A stretch of DNA of 64,000 nucleotides from Holosporales bacterium. GTDB taxonomy: Bacteria > Pseudomonadota > Alphaproteobacteria > JAJTHO01. The translations under genes were made by a program, and so were the position numbers. The stretch spans positions 14,191 to 78,190 of the forward strand of contig JBKCUA010000002.1 in the NCBI GenBank assembly GCA_046318675.1, written 5' to 3'. The notes under the pieces were generated by a model. It was not told the origin of the DNA. It did not search any database and saw only the letters and a list, made by a program, of their open reading frames with translations. The first letter of the stretch is position 1, and each line of letters begins with the position of its first letter. This document shows positions 9,683-20,364 of this stretch, in pieces.

Positions 9683-11780
9683 TTTTTTCTTGGGGAGTCT
9701 AAAAAGACTGTTGCCCCTTGGTCTTGGTGTGTGGGTTCTTATTTCGCCGGCTCCGGGCAGGACTCAACCATTGTTGTTGATACCCGACGTTCAACAAACA
9801 ATAGAGCTTGGGAGCAAAAACCTCTTATTGTGGATTGCTTTTGCAGGATTTTTGCTTTTTATTTTGGTGTTTCTTGGAGTGCTTTTCAAGAATAAAAAAC
9901 GTAAAAAAGATAAGCCCTTGGTGTGCCCGCCATTTATTATGGATATTCCGTCAGAATCTCTTTTTGAGGTGGAGCCATTCGCCATGCGAGAGTCTCCGGT
10001 AGCCCCCGTTGCCCCGCCGTCGATTGATCGCCTGCCCGCGCAATTACGGGCTTTGATAGATCAAATGCCCACGCCTGCGTGGACACGAACCGCAGATGGT
10101 CATTTAATTTTTGTTAATGAAGCCTATACACGAGCAGTAGGAAAATCTTTTTTGGAGGTACTGGAACAACAAATCGAAATTGTTACCTTGGCAGTTGCAG
10201 TACAAAATCAAGCAACGCCTAGTATGGCTCAGCGATATACTCTTATTATGGAGGGGCAACCGAAGCTTTTCGAAATTTCGGAAATGCCACTTGAAGGTAA
10301 TGCTGGTATGGTGGGTTTTGCTCGTGATGTGTCGGTGGTGTCTGCGTTAGAACATGATATTGAATATCAAAATACCCTGTATCAAAGTATACTGGATCGC
10401 ATGGACACAGCGGTAGCTCTTTTTGACACTAAGAGAAGACTTGTTTTTTATAATAATGCTTTAGCGACTATGTGGGGCTTATCCCCAGATGTTTTAGAAG
10501 ACGAAGCATTAACTGTAGAAAAAATATTCGAACACAAACAAAAACAACAACCTTTTCTAGAGGCGAATAACTATGATCGTTTCCTTCTATCTCAAAAACA
10601 ATTATTCCGCAGTCTTGTGGAAGAAAAAAAGACCATTCTGGAATTTTTAGATGGTAGGGTGTTTGAGGTAACTATTGTACCCCAGAAGGCTGGAGGGTTA
10701 TTGTATTGTTATCATGACATATCAGAACAGAATAGAAATAAAAAAGCTGTTGAAGTCGCCTATACTGCAGCCCAGTATGCTGGCAATATCTTGGGTATAG
10801 GGTTGTTGTGGTTGAACGCAGCCCATCAGTCCGTACGATGGAATGATAAAGTATTTGATATTTTTAATTTTTCTCAAGATAGTGCAGGAGAGGCACTCTG
10901 GCAAAAAATAATCAATTCATTAAAAGAGGATGAGGCCAAAAAACTTAAACAAACTCTCTCCTTGGACAATAAAGACACTATATTAGTCAACCTTGATAAT
11001 AATGGCACTATAAAAACAAAAGCGTATTTTCTTGAGAACAAAGAAATTCTACTAGTTTTTGAAGATACTAGTCATCAAGATGCTCTTGAACTGAAATGCC
11101 GTCAGAACATTGCCCAGTATAGTGCCTTTTTGCAAAAGTATTGCCGAGAATTGCTGGATATGGGGGATGCGATTGCTGCTTTTTCGGCGTTGACCCAACG
11201 TTCTAATGTGCCCCAAAATAAGCGTCATGATTATATAACTTTTATGCACAATGCCAGTGTACAGTTACAAAAAACCTTGCAAACCACATTAAAATTGATA
11301 ACAGCACAAACCCGTAAAACATTGTTAAATCTTAGCGATACCCAGTTATTACCAAGTTTACGTAATGTAGTGGCAGTGCTTGATAAAGATGCAAAAGCCC
11401 GTGGTATAAAGCTGGAGCTATCCTCTTCTTTCGATCTTGGCAGTCTTGTACTTGATGAGGAAAAATTTCGCCAAGCAATAGAACAATTATTACTGTTTTT
11501 GATGCGGCATACTGCTGAAGGGGGTGTGATTACTGTACGCGGTCAACGAGATGCTCAAGGTGTTTTCTTGGTATTTGAGGCTACTCATGCTCTTGTTCCC
11601 TTGGCATTGTCCGCGCTTTTTGCACAGGAGGGTAACTTTCTGGATTATGGGGAATACTTGCATCATTTTGGGGTATTGCTGGCGGTAGAAGACTTGCGTA
11701 GTCACGGTGCAACGGTGCATTTTACCGATAATCCGCCGTTTGAGACGCGCATAGAGTGTCGGTTTGATGTGTTGTCGTAA
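9651..11780 (+). CDS. membrane-anchored PAS-domain sensor histidine-kinase-like protein (ATPase motifs appear degenerate)
   Basis: Two N-terminal hydrophobic segments, a PAS-like stretch ([23 protein letters not shown]), a possible H-box ([10 protein letters not shown]) and a C-terminal HATPase-like region. In that region N-box Asn is replaced ([11 protein letters not shown]) and G-boxes are not recognisable. Start uncertain (GTG at 9651 overlaps ahcY). Confidence 0.45.
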   Translation: MIINQDTTAIDFFLGSLKRLLPLGLGVWVLISPAPGRTQPLLLIPDVQQTIELGSKNLLLWIAFAGFLLFILVFLGVLFKNKKRKKDKPLVCPPFIMDIPSESLFEVEPFAMRESPVAPVAPPSIDRLPAQLRALIDQMPTPAWTRTADGHLIFVNEAYTRAVGKSFLEVLEQQIEIVTLAVAVQNQATPSMAQRYTLIMEGQPKLFEISEMPLEGNAGMVGFARDVSVVSALEHDIEYQNTLYQSILDRMDTAVALFDTKRRLVFYNNALATMWGLSPDVLEDEALTVEKIFEHKQKQQPFLEANNYDRFLLSQKQLFRSLVEEKKTILEFLDGRVFEVTIVPQKAGGLLYCYHDISEQNRNKKAVEVAYTAAQYAGNILGIGLLWLNAAHQSVRWNDKVFDIFNFSQDSAGEALWQKIINSLKEDEAKKLKQTLSLDNKDTILVNLDNNGTIKTKAYFLENKEILLVFEDTSHQDALELKCRQNIAQYSAFLQKYCRELLDMGDAIAAFSALTQRSNVPQNKRHDYITFMHNASVQLQKTLQTTLKLITAQTRKTLLNLSDTQLLPSLRNVVAVLDKDAKARGIKLELSSSFDLGSLVLDEEKFRQAIEQLLLFLMRHTAEGGVITVRGQRDAQGVFLVFEATHALVPLALSALFAQEGNFLDYGEYLHHFGVLLAVEDLRSHGATVHFTDNPPFETRIECRFDVLS

Positions 11781-11785
11781 GTGTT

Positions 11786-13186
11786 TTATGCCCGTTTTTC
11801 CCGTCGTCGTTGGGCTGAATTGGCAATCCCTAACCCTTCCCGGTATTTAGCGACAGTGCGCCGGGCTACATCTATCCCTTCTTTTCCAAGGATTTCCACA
11901 AGAGTTTCATCAGAAAGCGGTTTTGTTGGATTTTCATTTTCTATGATGGTGCTGATGCGGTGTTGCACCGTTCTGGCGGAGATAGCTCCTTCTTGACCAA
12001 CCACGTTCTTGAGACCAGCGGCGAAAAAATATTTTAGTTCCATGGTACCGCGAGGACTGGCGAGGTATTTTTTAGTGGTGATACGGCTGACGGTACTTTC
12101 ATGGATACCAAGGTCTTCGGCGATTTCCCGTAGTACCATGGGGCGAAGATAGCGAATCCCTTTATCGAAAAAGTCTTGTTGTCTCGCCACCAGTGCTGTT
12201 GTTACCCGCATGATGGTTTCCGCCCGCTGGGCGAGTGCTTTAAGCAAAAAACTACCGTTCTGATGGCAGGTGCTCAGGAATTTTTTCTGTTCTTTATCAG
12301 ACATCATTCCGGAGGCTTTTTGGTAGAAAGTGCTGTTGAGAACAATATGAGGCTGAGCCTGGGGGTTTAGTTCTGCTGTCCATTCACCATTGGCATTTTT
12401 ACACACAAAGACATCGGGGATCATGGCCTCGACGGGGACGTGAAGGAATCTTGCCCCTGGTTTTGGATCAAGGCTTTTTAATTCTGCAAGCATTTCCGCT
12501 AATGTATCGCTATCGCAGCCGATAATTTTTTGTAATTTGGTGTGTTCCCGCGTTGCTACTAAGGGTAAATTTTCTAGAAGGGTTGCCATCCACGGATCAA
12601 GATGCCCGCGGTCGCGTAGCTGTAAGGCCAAGCATTCTTTTAAAGACCGGGCAAATACCCCTGCTGGTTCACAGTGTTGCAGGCGCAGTAGCATCGCTTC
12701 TACGACGATAACGTCTTCACTAAGACGTTCGGCCACACGTGTTATATCTTCGGTAAAGTACCCTGATCCATCTAATATATCAATAAGTTGTGCGGCTATT
12801 AGGCGTTCGTGCCCTTCGGAAAACATTAGGCCTGCTTGACGGCTGAGATGATCTGTTAAGGTAATGGTATCCGTTAGGCTGACCAGGCGATCGCCCTCCG
12901 CATGACCGCTGGCATCCCAGGCAGCCCCATCGCCCTCGGCGGTGCGCCAGTCGCCTTCGCCACTATCGAGATCGGGGAGATCGTCGGGGATATCAACGCC
13001 TGTTCCCTCGCTGTCTGGGGCGGTTTCTTGCACTTCTAATAAGGGGTTGATGAGGAGTTCGCCTTCAATCAAGCTGGCCAGTTCTTGCTGGGAGGTTTGC
13101 AGCAAGGCAATGGCCTGCCGCAATTGCGGCGTCATCATCAAGCCTTGTGCCTGGCGTATATCTAATCCTTGGCGATTTTCAGCCAT
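11786..13186 (-). CDS. rpoN: RNA polymerase sigma-54 factor
   Basis: N-terminal Gln/Leu-rich activator-interacting region, acidic linker, and C-terminal RpoN box ARRTVAKYRE. Confidence 0.92.
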   Translation of the reverse strand: MAENRQGLDIRQAQGLMMTPQLRQAIALLQTSQQELASLIEGELLINPLLEVQETAPDSEGTGVDIPDDLPDLDSGEGDWRTAEGDGAAWDASGHAEGDRLVSLTDTITLTDHLSRQAGLMFSEGHERLIAAQLIDILDGSGYFTEDITRVAERLSEDVIVVEAMLLRLQHCEPAGVFARSLKECLALQLRDRGHLDPWMATLLENLPLVATREHTKLQKIIGCDSDTLAEMLAELKSLDPKPGARFLHVPVEAMIPDVFVCKNANGEWTAELNPQAQPHIVLNSTFYQKASGMMSDKEQKKFLSTCHQNGSFLLKALAQRAETIMRVTTALVARQQDFFDKGIRYLRPMVLREIAEDLGIHESTVSRITTKKYLASPRGTMELKYFFAAGLKNVVGQEGAISARTVQHRISTIIENENPTKPLSDETLVEILGKEGIDVARRTVAKYREGLGIANSAQRRREKRA

Positions 13187-13348
13187 TCATGCGTCCTTTG
13201 TGGTGTTTTGTGCAAGAATCATACCGTAAAAAGATTAGGGTATGGTTAAAGGCCTCGTATGTTGAGAATGAATGCATCGGAAGATTTCGGATGCGTTCAG
13301 TATAACAAGAAAGGAGACTTAACAGCTTGTATTCTGTTATAGTGTGCT

Positions 13349-14311
13349 ATGTCTTCTGATATAGTTGCTTTAATAGCTCATCTTCAGGGTGGAGGTCTGA
13401 TCTTAATGCCCACGGAAACGGTGTGGGGGTTGGCTGCCGATGCCCGCAGCCCGGAAGCAGTGGGTAAAATTTATGCCCTGAAAGGCCGCCCAGCGTATAA
13501 TCCGTTGATTGTCCATGTTGCCGATGCGGCGGCAGCGCGTGGCATTGCAGTGTTTGATGATCGGGCGGAACATCTGGCGGCGGCGTTGTGGCCGGGGCCA
13601 TTAACCTTAGTCCTGCCCATGCGCTATGAGGCGGGATTGGCCGCCTTGGTGACGGCGGGGCTACCTACTGTAGCGGTACGGGTGCCGTCTCACTCTGGTG
13701 CGGCGGCGTTGTGTCGGGCTGCGGGATTTCCCTTGGCAGCACCATCGGCCAACCTATCGGGACAACTTAGCCCTACTCGGGCATCGGATATTGATCCTGT
13801 TTTTAAAAAAGAAGCCTTATTGCTGGACGATGGAACTCCGGCTGCGGTTGGGGTGGAGTCAACCATTGTGGCTTTGGATGGTGATGGTTGGCGGGTGTTG
13901 CGTGTTGGGGGAATTCCTATGGAAAAGCTTGAGGCGATTCTTGGGAGTGCCCCCAAACGTGTGGAAGAGGGTATCAGGGCACCGGGGATGATGGTTCGAC
14001 ATTATGCGCCAACAACCCCGTTGCGGCTTAATGCAACAGAGGCGTTAATAAATGAAGCATTGCTATGTTTTGGTCAACCGGAACCAAATGGCGGTGCTGT
14101 GCGTAAAAACCTCAGTCTTTCAGGAAATCTTGAAGAAGCCGCCCGTAATCTTTATGCGTTCCTGCACGACCTTGATCACAGAGGTTATCAGGGTATTGCT
14201 GTTGTTCCAATTCCATATCAAGGCATTGGCGTTGCTATCAACGATCGCTTGCAACGTGCCGCAACGCCCGCCATGATGCCGTCATGCGTTACTGGTTCTT
14301 TATTCCCCTGA
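13349..14311 (+). CDS. tsaC: L-threonylcarbamoyladenylate synthase (Sua5/YrdC type with C-terminal Sua5 domain)
   Basis: YrdC fold motifs (LILMPTETVWGLAADA, KGRPAYNPLIVHVAD, APSANLSGQ) plus roughly 110-aa C-terminal extension. Confidence 0.85.
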   Translation: MSSDIVALIAHLQGGGLILMPTETVWGLAADARSPEAVGKIYALKGRPAYNPLIVHVADAAAARGIAVFDDRAEHLAAALWPGPLTLVLPMRYEAGLAALVTAGLPTVAVRVPSHSGAAALCRAAGFPLAAPSANLSGQLSPTRASDIDPVFKKEALLLDDGTPAAVGVESTIVALDGDGWRVLRVGGIPMEKLEAILGSAPKRVEEGIRAPGMMVRHYAPTTPLRLNATEALINEALLCFGQPEPNGGAVRKNLSLSGNLEEAARNLYAFLHDLDHRGYQGIAVVPIPYQGIGVAINDRLQRAATPAMMPSCVTGSLFP

Positions 14312-15042
14312 TCGTGTTATTGTCCGCTTGTGCCGGTAATGAAAAAGATAAACTTTTTGAAGACGATAAGCCAGTTGAAATTCTTTATAATGAAGCCGCA
14401 GATGCCGAGGTAGAAGGTAGTTTTAAGAAAGCGGCTAAGCTTTTTGAAGAAGTCGAACGCCAGCACCCTTATTCCACTTGGGCTAAGCAAGCCCAGATTA
14501 TGTACCCTTACGTTTTGTATCAGGATAGTCAGTATGATGAGGCGGTAGTGGCGATTGATCGATACCTTGACTTGCATCCTGCAAGTGCTGAGGCACCCTA
14601 TGCGTTATACCTTCGTGCACTGTGCTCATATGAACAAATTACTGATATTGCTCGTGATCAGGAAATGACTCAAAAAGCCCTAGCGGATCTGAATCAGGTG
14701 GTGCGTCGTTATCCCAACACTCCGTATGCTAGGGATGCTGCTTTGAAAATTGATCTTACTAAAGATCACTTGGCGGGTAAAGAAATGGAAATTGGTCGGT
14801 TTTATTCACGTCAGCGTAACTATATTGCTGCCATCAATCGCTTTCGTAATGTTATTCGCGATTACCAAACTACCAGTCATGTGCCTGAGGCGTTATACCG
14901 TCTGACCGAAGTTTATCTTGCCCTTGGGTTGACCTCCGAGGCTAAGCGTAATGCTGCTGTGTTAGGGTATAACTACCCCGGTTCTGAATGGTATCAGAGC
15001 AGTTGGGACGTGTTGCATAAATCCGGGTTGACACCAGAATGA
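14284..15042 (+). CDS. bamD: outer membrane protein assembly factor BamD (TPR lipoprotein)
   Basis: Lipobox LLSAC, TPR-like repeats, characteristic BamD/YfiO length and composition. Confidence 0.75.
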   Translation: MRYWFFIPLIVLLSACAGNEKDKLFEDDKPVEILYNEAADAEVEGSFKKAAKLFEEVERQHPYSTWAKQAQIMYPYVLYQDSQYDEAVVAIDRYLDLHPASAEAPYALYLRALCSYEQITDIARDQEMTQKALADLNQVVRRYPNTPYARDAALKIDLTKDHLAGKEMEIGRFYSRQRNYIAAINRFRNVIRDYQTTSHVPEALYRLTEVYLALGLTSEAKRNAAVLGYNYPGSEWYQSSWDVLHKSGLTPE

Positions 15043-15102
15043 GGCATTGCCTTTCTCCGCGCAGAAGCGTAGCGTTTATCATCATCTAACGAAGAGGTTT
15101 TT

Positions 15103-15675
15103 ATGCGTTGTTTGCTGTCTAAGTTTTCTGTTGTTGATGAAGATATTTTTTTTTATTTGAATAGATTGGCGATGGTGTTGATGGTCGCAGCCCTGCTGAT
15201 AGGGTGCAGTAGTGTTAAGGAAAATTCCGAGCAATCCTATCCTGCCGAGGAACAAAAAGAATATCGTTTCGGCAAGGTAACAGGGGATGAAGGTCTCGTG
15301 CTTTTTGGCGGTAAGAAAAACCGCAATGGTGGCGAGGGCGGCGGTGGAACGGGCATTGGTGTCAATGCTTTTTTATGGAAAGCATCCTTGGATACCGTGA
15401 GTTTTATGCCTTTGGCTTCGGCGGATCCTTTTGGTGGGGTGATTTTAACGGAGTGGTACACGCCGCCCCAGACATCCGATGAACGGATGAAAATTTCTGT
15501 CTTTATTCAAGATAAGCAATTGCGTGCGGATGGTCTAAAAGTGGTAATTTTCCGGCAACGTAAAGAAGGCAGTGACTGGCGGGATCAGGCGTCTGATACA
15601 GCAACGTCACGCAAAATTGAAGATGCTATTTTAACGCGGGCGCGACAGTTGCGAATTGAATCGGTTGGTGGATAG
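15103..15675 (+). CDS. lipoprotein of unknown function (Gly-rich linker; possibly DUF3576-like)
   Basis: Lipobox LLIGCSS after an internal Met, glycine-rich spacer GGEGGGGTGIG, conserved C-terminal domain. Family assignment is from memory only. Confidence 0.4.
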   Translation: MRCLLSKFSVVDEDIFFYLNRLAMVLMVAALLIGCSSVKENSEQSYPAEEQKEYRFGKVTGDEGLVLFGGKKNRNGGEGGGGTGIGVNAFLWKASLDTVSFMPLASADPFGGVILTEWYTPPQTSDERMKISVFIQDKQLRADGLKVVIFRQRKEGSDWRDQASDTATSRKIEDAILTRARQLRIESVGG

Positions 15676-15737
15676 TTGCTCTTTACCAGAGCAACACGGT
15701 AGCATACTGTGCAACATAATAACTAGGCCGTGATTCA

Positions 15738-16211
15738 ATGCCTCGAACTATATTATTACTGATAATACTTTTTTTTACTATTGCCGCAGGAGCAGCGGTT
15801 CGCGGTTATTTAAGTAGTTATTTTGTGCCTTCATTGGGATTATTGTTTTATTGTGCACTTGGAATACAGTCTCGTACTTTGGGCTCGGTAATTGTGCCGC
15901 TGTTGGTGGGGCTTGGCGAAGATGCTTTGCAATCTACCCCGTTTGGTGCCAATGCAGTGCTTTTTTTACTAAGCTTTTACTGGATTAAGGCAAAAAGAGA
16001 TATTATTCTTGCGCTTCCTCATGGTGGCCGCTGGTTATTGGGGACAATATGGCTTTTATTTTTGCAGGCTATTTTGGTTTTGTGGCTTGTGCTTTTCCAA
16101 GAAGGGGTTCCACCCTTATTGCCTCAGTTGCAGGTATTTTTTGCCAATATGATATTGTGGTTTGTAATAACGGGGTTTATGAAGCGCAGGCGACCTGTCC
16201 ATGACGCTTAG
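15738..16211 (+). CDS. small polytopic membrane protein, MreD-like (rod shape-determining protein MreD?)
   Basis: 157 aa, about 5 TM segments, immediately upstream of and overlapping mrdA as mreD usually is. No mreB/mreC upstream. Confidence 0.4.
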   Translation: MPRTILLLIILFFTIAAGAAVRGYLSSYFVPSLGLLFYCALGIQSRTLGSVIVPLLVGLGEDALQSTPFGANAVLFLLSFYWIKAKRDIILALPHGGRWLLGTIWLLFLQAILVLWLVLFQEGVPPLLPQLQVFFANMILWFVITGFMKRRRPVHDA

Positions 16212-18018
16212 CCACGATCGTTATCGCTTGTTCTCTAGGCGTGCCTTTTTGTTGGGCGGCATTCAGGCGGGCAGTTTTTTGATGTTGGCGGGACGGTTAA
16301 CGCAAATTCAGCTTTTAGATGCCGAGACATATGGTGCCAAAGCTGAACAAAATCGGGTGAGCGAGCGGCTGTTGGCTCCCGTGCGTGGTCGCTTGCTTGA
16401 TCGCAATGGAAGGACAATGGCCTTTAATCAAGATAGTTACCAAGTTGTATTGATCCCTGAAATGACAAATAATCCGGAAGAAGTGTTGGCTTTCTTGGAA
16501 AAAACCCTTTCTATTCATAGTAGTGCAATGAGTGCGGTGCGGAGAAGGTTGTCCACACAGTCGGCGTTTCTTCCTCTTGTTGTGCGGGATAATCTTACCT
16601 GGGCGGAATTGGCAACGCTGGAAATGCACGCAACGAATATCAGTGGTGTGCAGGTGGATAAGGTTCGCACCCGTAGTTATCCTTACGGTGCATCGGCAGC
16701 TCATGTGACGGGTTATGTTGGTGCTGTTTCAGAAAAAGATATTGCCAAAGATAAAACAGGCGATCCGGTACTACGTATTCCTGAGGCTCGCATCGGTAAA
16801 GCGGGGTTAGAGCGTACCCATGAGGATATCTTGCGGGGGCGTCCTGGTGTGCGCAAGCTTGAGGTCGATGCTCATGGCCGGGTGTTACGAACCTTGTACG
16901 AAAACGATGGCCAGTTTGGTAAGGATTTTGAAAGTAGTATTGATAGTGAATTACAGGCTTTTGCATTTCGCCGTTTGGGAGAAGAGAGTGGATCTGTGGT
17001 GGTGATGAATTGCATGACTGGGGAGGTACTCGCGCTTACTACCGCACCATGTTATGATCCATCGTCTTTTTATTTTGGGATGCCGCCTGGATTGTGGAAG
17101 GAGCTGAACAGTAATCCAAAGGCACCTTTACTAAACAAACCCATTGCAGGACAATACGCGCCTGGTTCTACTTTTAAAATGATCACAGCCTTAGCAGCGT
17201 TGCGAAGTGGTATTAATCCGGAAATGACAGTTTATTGTGATGGTTCTTATCCCCTTGGCAATCATGTGTTTCATTGCTGGAAGAAAGAAGGTCATGGCAC
17301 GATGAATTTGCATTCTGGGTTGGCTCATTCGTGCGATGTATATTTTTATGATATAGCTCGCCGTGTGGGTATTGATGCCATTGCTGAGGCGGCTTTTATA
17401 CTTGGGCTTGGACAAAAAACAGGTATTGAAATTGAAGGGGAAAAATCAGGCCTTATTCCTACGGAACGATGGAAACGTCGCCGTCATCGTGCCCCTTGGA
17501 CAACGGGCGAATCTTTAAATGCCGGAATTGGACAAGGGTATATTTTGGCTACGCCGTTGCAGCTTGCGGTTATGTCTGCACGCTTAGCCAGTGGTGTTAG
17601 TGTTTTGCCGAGACTATCCCGTGTTTCTGAGAAAAATCCTGTAGATAAATTTGTACCGCTGCCTTTGGATACCCAGCACTTAAGTCTTATTCGCAGTGCA
17701 ATGTATACCGTTGTAAATAGTGCCGGAGGCACAGCATATGGGGCGCGTCTTAAAGAGGGAAGTTTTTCGATGGCTGGAAAAACTGGAACAGCTCAAGTGC
17801 GACGAATCACAATGGAGGAACGCTCCGGAGGAGTGCGCAAAAATGAAGAACTACCGTGGCAGTTGCGCGATCATGCGCTTTTTGTTGCGTATGCTCCTGC
17901 AGAAGCTCCTAAGTATGCAGTTAGTGTCATTGTGGAACATGGGGGCAGTGGCTCTAAAGTAGCCGCGCCCATAGCCCGGGATGTTCTCGGTTATTTATAC
18001 GAGAATCAAAATGTTTAG
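16201..18018 (+). CDS. mrdA: penicillin-binding protein 2 (elongasome transpeptidase)
   Basis: Active-site motifs STFK (GSTFKMITA), SCD, and KTGTA. N-terminal membrane anchor. Followed by rodA. Confidence 0.88.
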   Translation: MTLSHDRYRLFSRRAFLLGGIQAGSFLMLAGRLTQIQLLDAETYGAKAEQNRVSERLLAPVRGRLLDRNGRTMAFNQDSYQVVLIPEMTNNPEEVLAFLEKTLSIHSSAMSAVRRRLSTQSAFLPLVVRDNLTWAELATLEMHATNISGVQVDKVRTRSYPYGASAAHVTGYVGAVSEKDIAKDKTGDPVLRIPEARIGKAGLERTHEDILRGRPGVRKLEVDAHGRVLRTLYENDGQFGKDFESSIDSELQAFAFRRLGEESGSVVVMNCMTGEVLALTTAPCYDPSSFYFGMPPGLWKELNSNPKAPLLNKPIAGQYAPGSTFKMITALAALRSGINPEMTVYCDGSYPLGNHVFHCWKKEGHGTMNLHSGLAHSCDVYFYDIARRVGIDAIAEAAFILGLGQKTGIEIEGEKSGLIPTERWKRRRHRAPWTTGESLNAGIGQGYILATPLQLAVMSARLASGVSVLPRLSRVSEKNPVDKFVPLPLDTQHLSLIRSAMYTVVNSAGGTAYGARLKEGSFSMAGKTGTAQVRRITMEERSGGVRKNEELPWQLRDHALFVAYAPAEAPKYAVSVIVEHGGSGSKVAAPIARDVLGYLYENQNV

Positions 18019-19108
18019 GCCGATGCACGGATGGCCGGTTGGATTTATTCTGGCGATCTGTCTGCTGTCTGGTGTGGGTATAGGTTTGCTTTATTCTGCT
18101 GGTGGTGGTACTTGGGATGTCTGGGCAAGCACGCAGGCTTTTCGTTTTGGGGTTTGTTTAATAGGGTTATTGATTATTGCTCAAATTCCGCCGAAGTTTT
18201 TTTTATCATTGGCTTATCCTGTATATTGTCTTTGTGTTATTTTGCTTATTTTTGTTGAGGTTGGAGGTATTGTTGGTAAGGGTGCGCAACGATGGATGGA
18301 CGTTGGTGGGTTGAAGTTGCAGCCATCAGAGTTGATGAAAATTGCTTTGGTGTTAGCTCTGGCACGGTATTTTCATGAGGTAACCACGAAAGAAGCGCGA
18401 AGCCCGTTATTTTTGCTCCCGGCTATTATCCTAATTGCGATTCCCGTAGGCTTGGTATTGTTGCAACCGAACTTAGGAACTGCCTTGTTATTAAGTCTTG
18501 GTGGTGGGGCAATGCTGTTTTTTGCCGGGGTGCCGATTAGTTGGTTTGTGGTGCTGGGCCTGTTGGCTGCAGCGGCGGTTCCTTTTGCTTGGGAGATATT
18601 GCTTCATGATTATCAGAAAGAGCGAGTTTTGACATTTCTTGATCCTAGCCGCGATCCTTTAGGCGCAGGGTATCATATTACCCAGTCAAAAATTGCCTTT
18701 GGGGCGGGGGGATTTTTGGGTAAAGGTTTTTTAAACGGTTCCCAGAATCAGTTGGATTTTCTTCCTGAAAAACATACAGATTTTATTTTTACTGTCTTGG
18801 CGGAGGAATTTGGTCTGGTGGGATCATTGTGCGTGTTGGGTTTAACTTGGTATATTATTTCTCAGTGCTATCGCTTTGCTGGTCAGTCACCATACAGTTT
18901 TAGTCGCTTGGTGTGTGGCGGTATAGCTATGACTTTTTTTAGTTATATTTTGGTTAATGTGGGGATGATTACTGGTATTTTTCCGGTGGTCGGTGTTCCT
19001 TATCCTTTGTTATCGTATGGTGGAACCTCGATGTTGACGATGATGATAGGTTTTGGGTTAGTCACTGGTATTGCAAGAGAAAATCAACGTCAACGAGGTC
19101 GGTGGTAG
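17981..19108 (+). CDS. mrdB: peptidoglycan glycosyltransferase RodA (SEDS family)
   Basis: 10-TM FtsW/RodA/SpoVE profile. Position after mrdA. Confidence 0.85.
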   Translation: MFSVIYTRIKMFRPMHGWPVGFILAICLLSGVGIGLLYSAGGGTWDVWASTQAFRFGVCLIGLLIIAQIPPKFFLSLAYPVYCLCVILLIFVEVGGIVGKGAQRWMDVGGLKLQPSELMKIALVLALARYFHEVTTKEARSPLFLLPAIILIAIPVGLVLLQPNLGTALLLSLGGGAMLFFAGVPISWFVVLGLLAAAAVPFAWEILLHDYQKERVLTFLDPSRDPLGAGYHITQSKIAFGAGGFLGKGFLNGSQNQLDFLPEKHTDFIFTVLAEEFGLVGSLCVLGLTWYIISQCYRFAGQSPYSFSRLVCGGIAMTFFSYILVNVGMITGIFPVVGVPYPLLSYGGTSMLTMMIGFGLVTGIARENQRQRGRW

Positions 19109-19111
19109 CAG

Positions 19112-20287
19112 GTGGTGCATGACGTACTTATTGCCGGTGGTGGTCCGGTTGGGGCGAGCCTAGCGTTGGATTTGGTTCAGCGCGGAATACAAGTTCAAAT
19201 ATTAGAAGCACGTTCTCCATTGGGGCAACCGAAGGTTGGTCTTGATCCGCGGACTCTGGCACTCAATGCGGGGAGTATAGCATATTTACAAAAGCTTGGT
19301 ATTTGGTCTTTTTTAGCAGATAAAGCCAGTGCTATTCAGCGGATTATTGTAGCGGAAAAAGGCAGCCAAGCAGCTACCCATTTTCAAGCAAAGACGGCGA
19401 ATGATCCCATGGGGGTCATTGTCACCAGTGATGCCTTGCAGCGGGCTTTGGATGCAGCGTTGGCGGCACGGGACGTTAAAATTCACTACAACACGCCGCT
19501 GAATAATATTGAATGGACATCGGGGTGTGCTGTGGCGGAGGGGATTACTACACCATTGCTTATTGCTGCTGATGGTCGAGGTTCTAAGGCCGCCGCTGCG
19601 GCGGGTTTATACCCTGAGGTGTATGATTATGGACAAAAAGCTTTGGTGACAGTGCTCAGTCATCCTAACCCGCATCACAATACTGCTGTTGAACTGTTTA
19701 CGCCTCAAGGGCCGGTAGCTTTACTTCCCATGGTTGGCAATTTTTCCGCTCTGGTGTGGACGGATACTCCCCTGCGGGCACAGTCGTTTGCGGCCTTGGA
19801 AAAAACTTGGTTTGAGGAGGCGTTGCACCGTGCCGTTGGTGAGTCGTTTCTTGGGCGTCTGGTGCTGGAAACCGAGCGATTACTCTATCCCCTGCAACGT
19901 CGAGTGTTGCCCCGGTTGACAACAACGCGCTTTGCTGCCGTGGGCGATGCCGGACACCGACTGCATCCGTTGGCGGGACAAGGCCTTAATTTAGGGCTGC
20001 GGGATGCGGCGGCGTTGGCGTCTATTGTGGCGGAAGCTATGCACTTAGGTATGGACCCCGGCAGTGAAGAGGTGCTGCGCCGTTATGAGCATCGCCGCGT
20101 CGCCGATATTTCCCTGATGTCTACGGCTACCCACGGCATTAACGCTGTTTTTTCTTCACATTATGCGGTTGTTCGTGCCGGACGCCGTGTGGCTCTTCGG
20201 GTGGTGAACGCTCTCCCGCCTTTAGGACGTTTGTTAACCAGCCATGCCATGGGGGATAGTATTGTGGCAAGGCGGTCGGTTCAGTAG
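19112..20287 (+). CDS. FAD-dependent ubiquinone-biosynthesis monooxygenase (UbiH/UbiF/Coq6 family)
   Basis: N-terminal dinucleotide fold DVLIAGGGPVGASLALDL, DG motif, and GD.AH..HP..GQG motif (GDAGHRLHPLAGQGLNLG). Confidence 0.8.
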   Translation: MVHDVLIAGGGPVGASLALDLVQRGIQVQILEARSPLGQPKVGLDPRTLALNAGSIAYLQKLGIWSFLADKASAIQRIIVAEKGSQAATHFQAKTANDPMGVIVTSDALQRALDAALAARDVKIHYNTPLNNIEWTSGCAVAEGITTPLLIAADGRGSKAAAAAGLYPEVYDYGQKALVTVLSHPNPHHNTAVELFTPQGPVALLPMVGNFSALVWTDTPLRAQSFAALEKTWFEEALHRAVGESFLGRLVLETERLLYPLQRRVLPRLTTTRFAAVGDAGHRLHPLAGQGLNLGLRDAAALASIVAEAMHLGMDPGSEEVLRRYEHRRVADISLMSTATHGINAVFSSHYAVVRAGRRVALRVVNALPPLGRLLTSHAMGDSIVARRSVQ

Positions 20288-20364
20288 AAGCGGTTCAGTA
20301 GAAGCTTGCAAACCTTCCCAATTTCTGGCCTTATGGCTGTCGACTTTATACCATTGAAGATAAA

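Noticed and set aside
20277-20304. 14-bp tandem duplication (CGGTTCAGTAGAAG x2) spanning the stop codon of the ubiH-like gene
   Set aside because: It has only two copies, consistent with a simple replication-slippage scar. No evidence of a repeat array or function.
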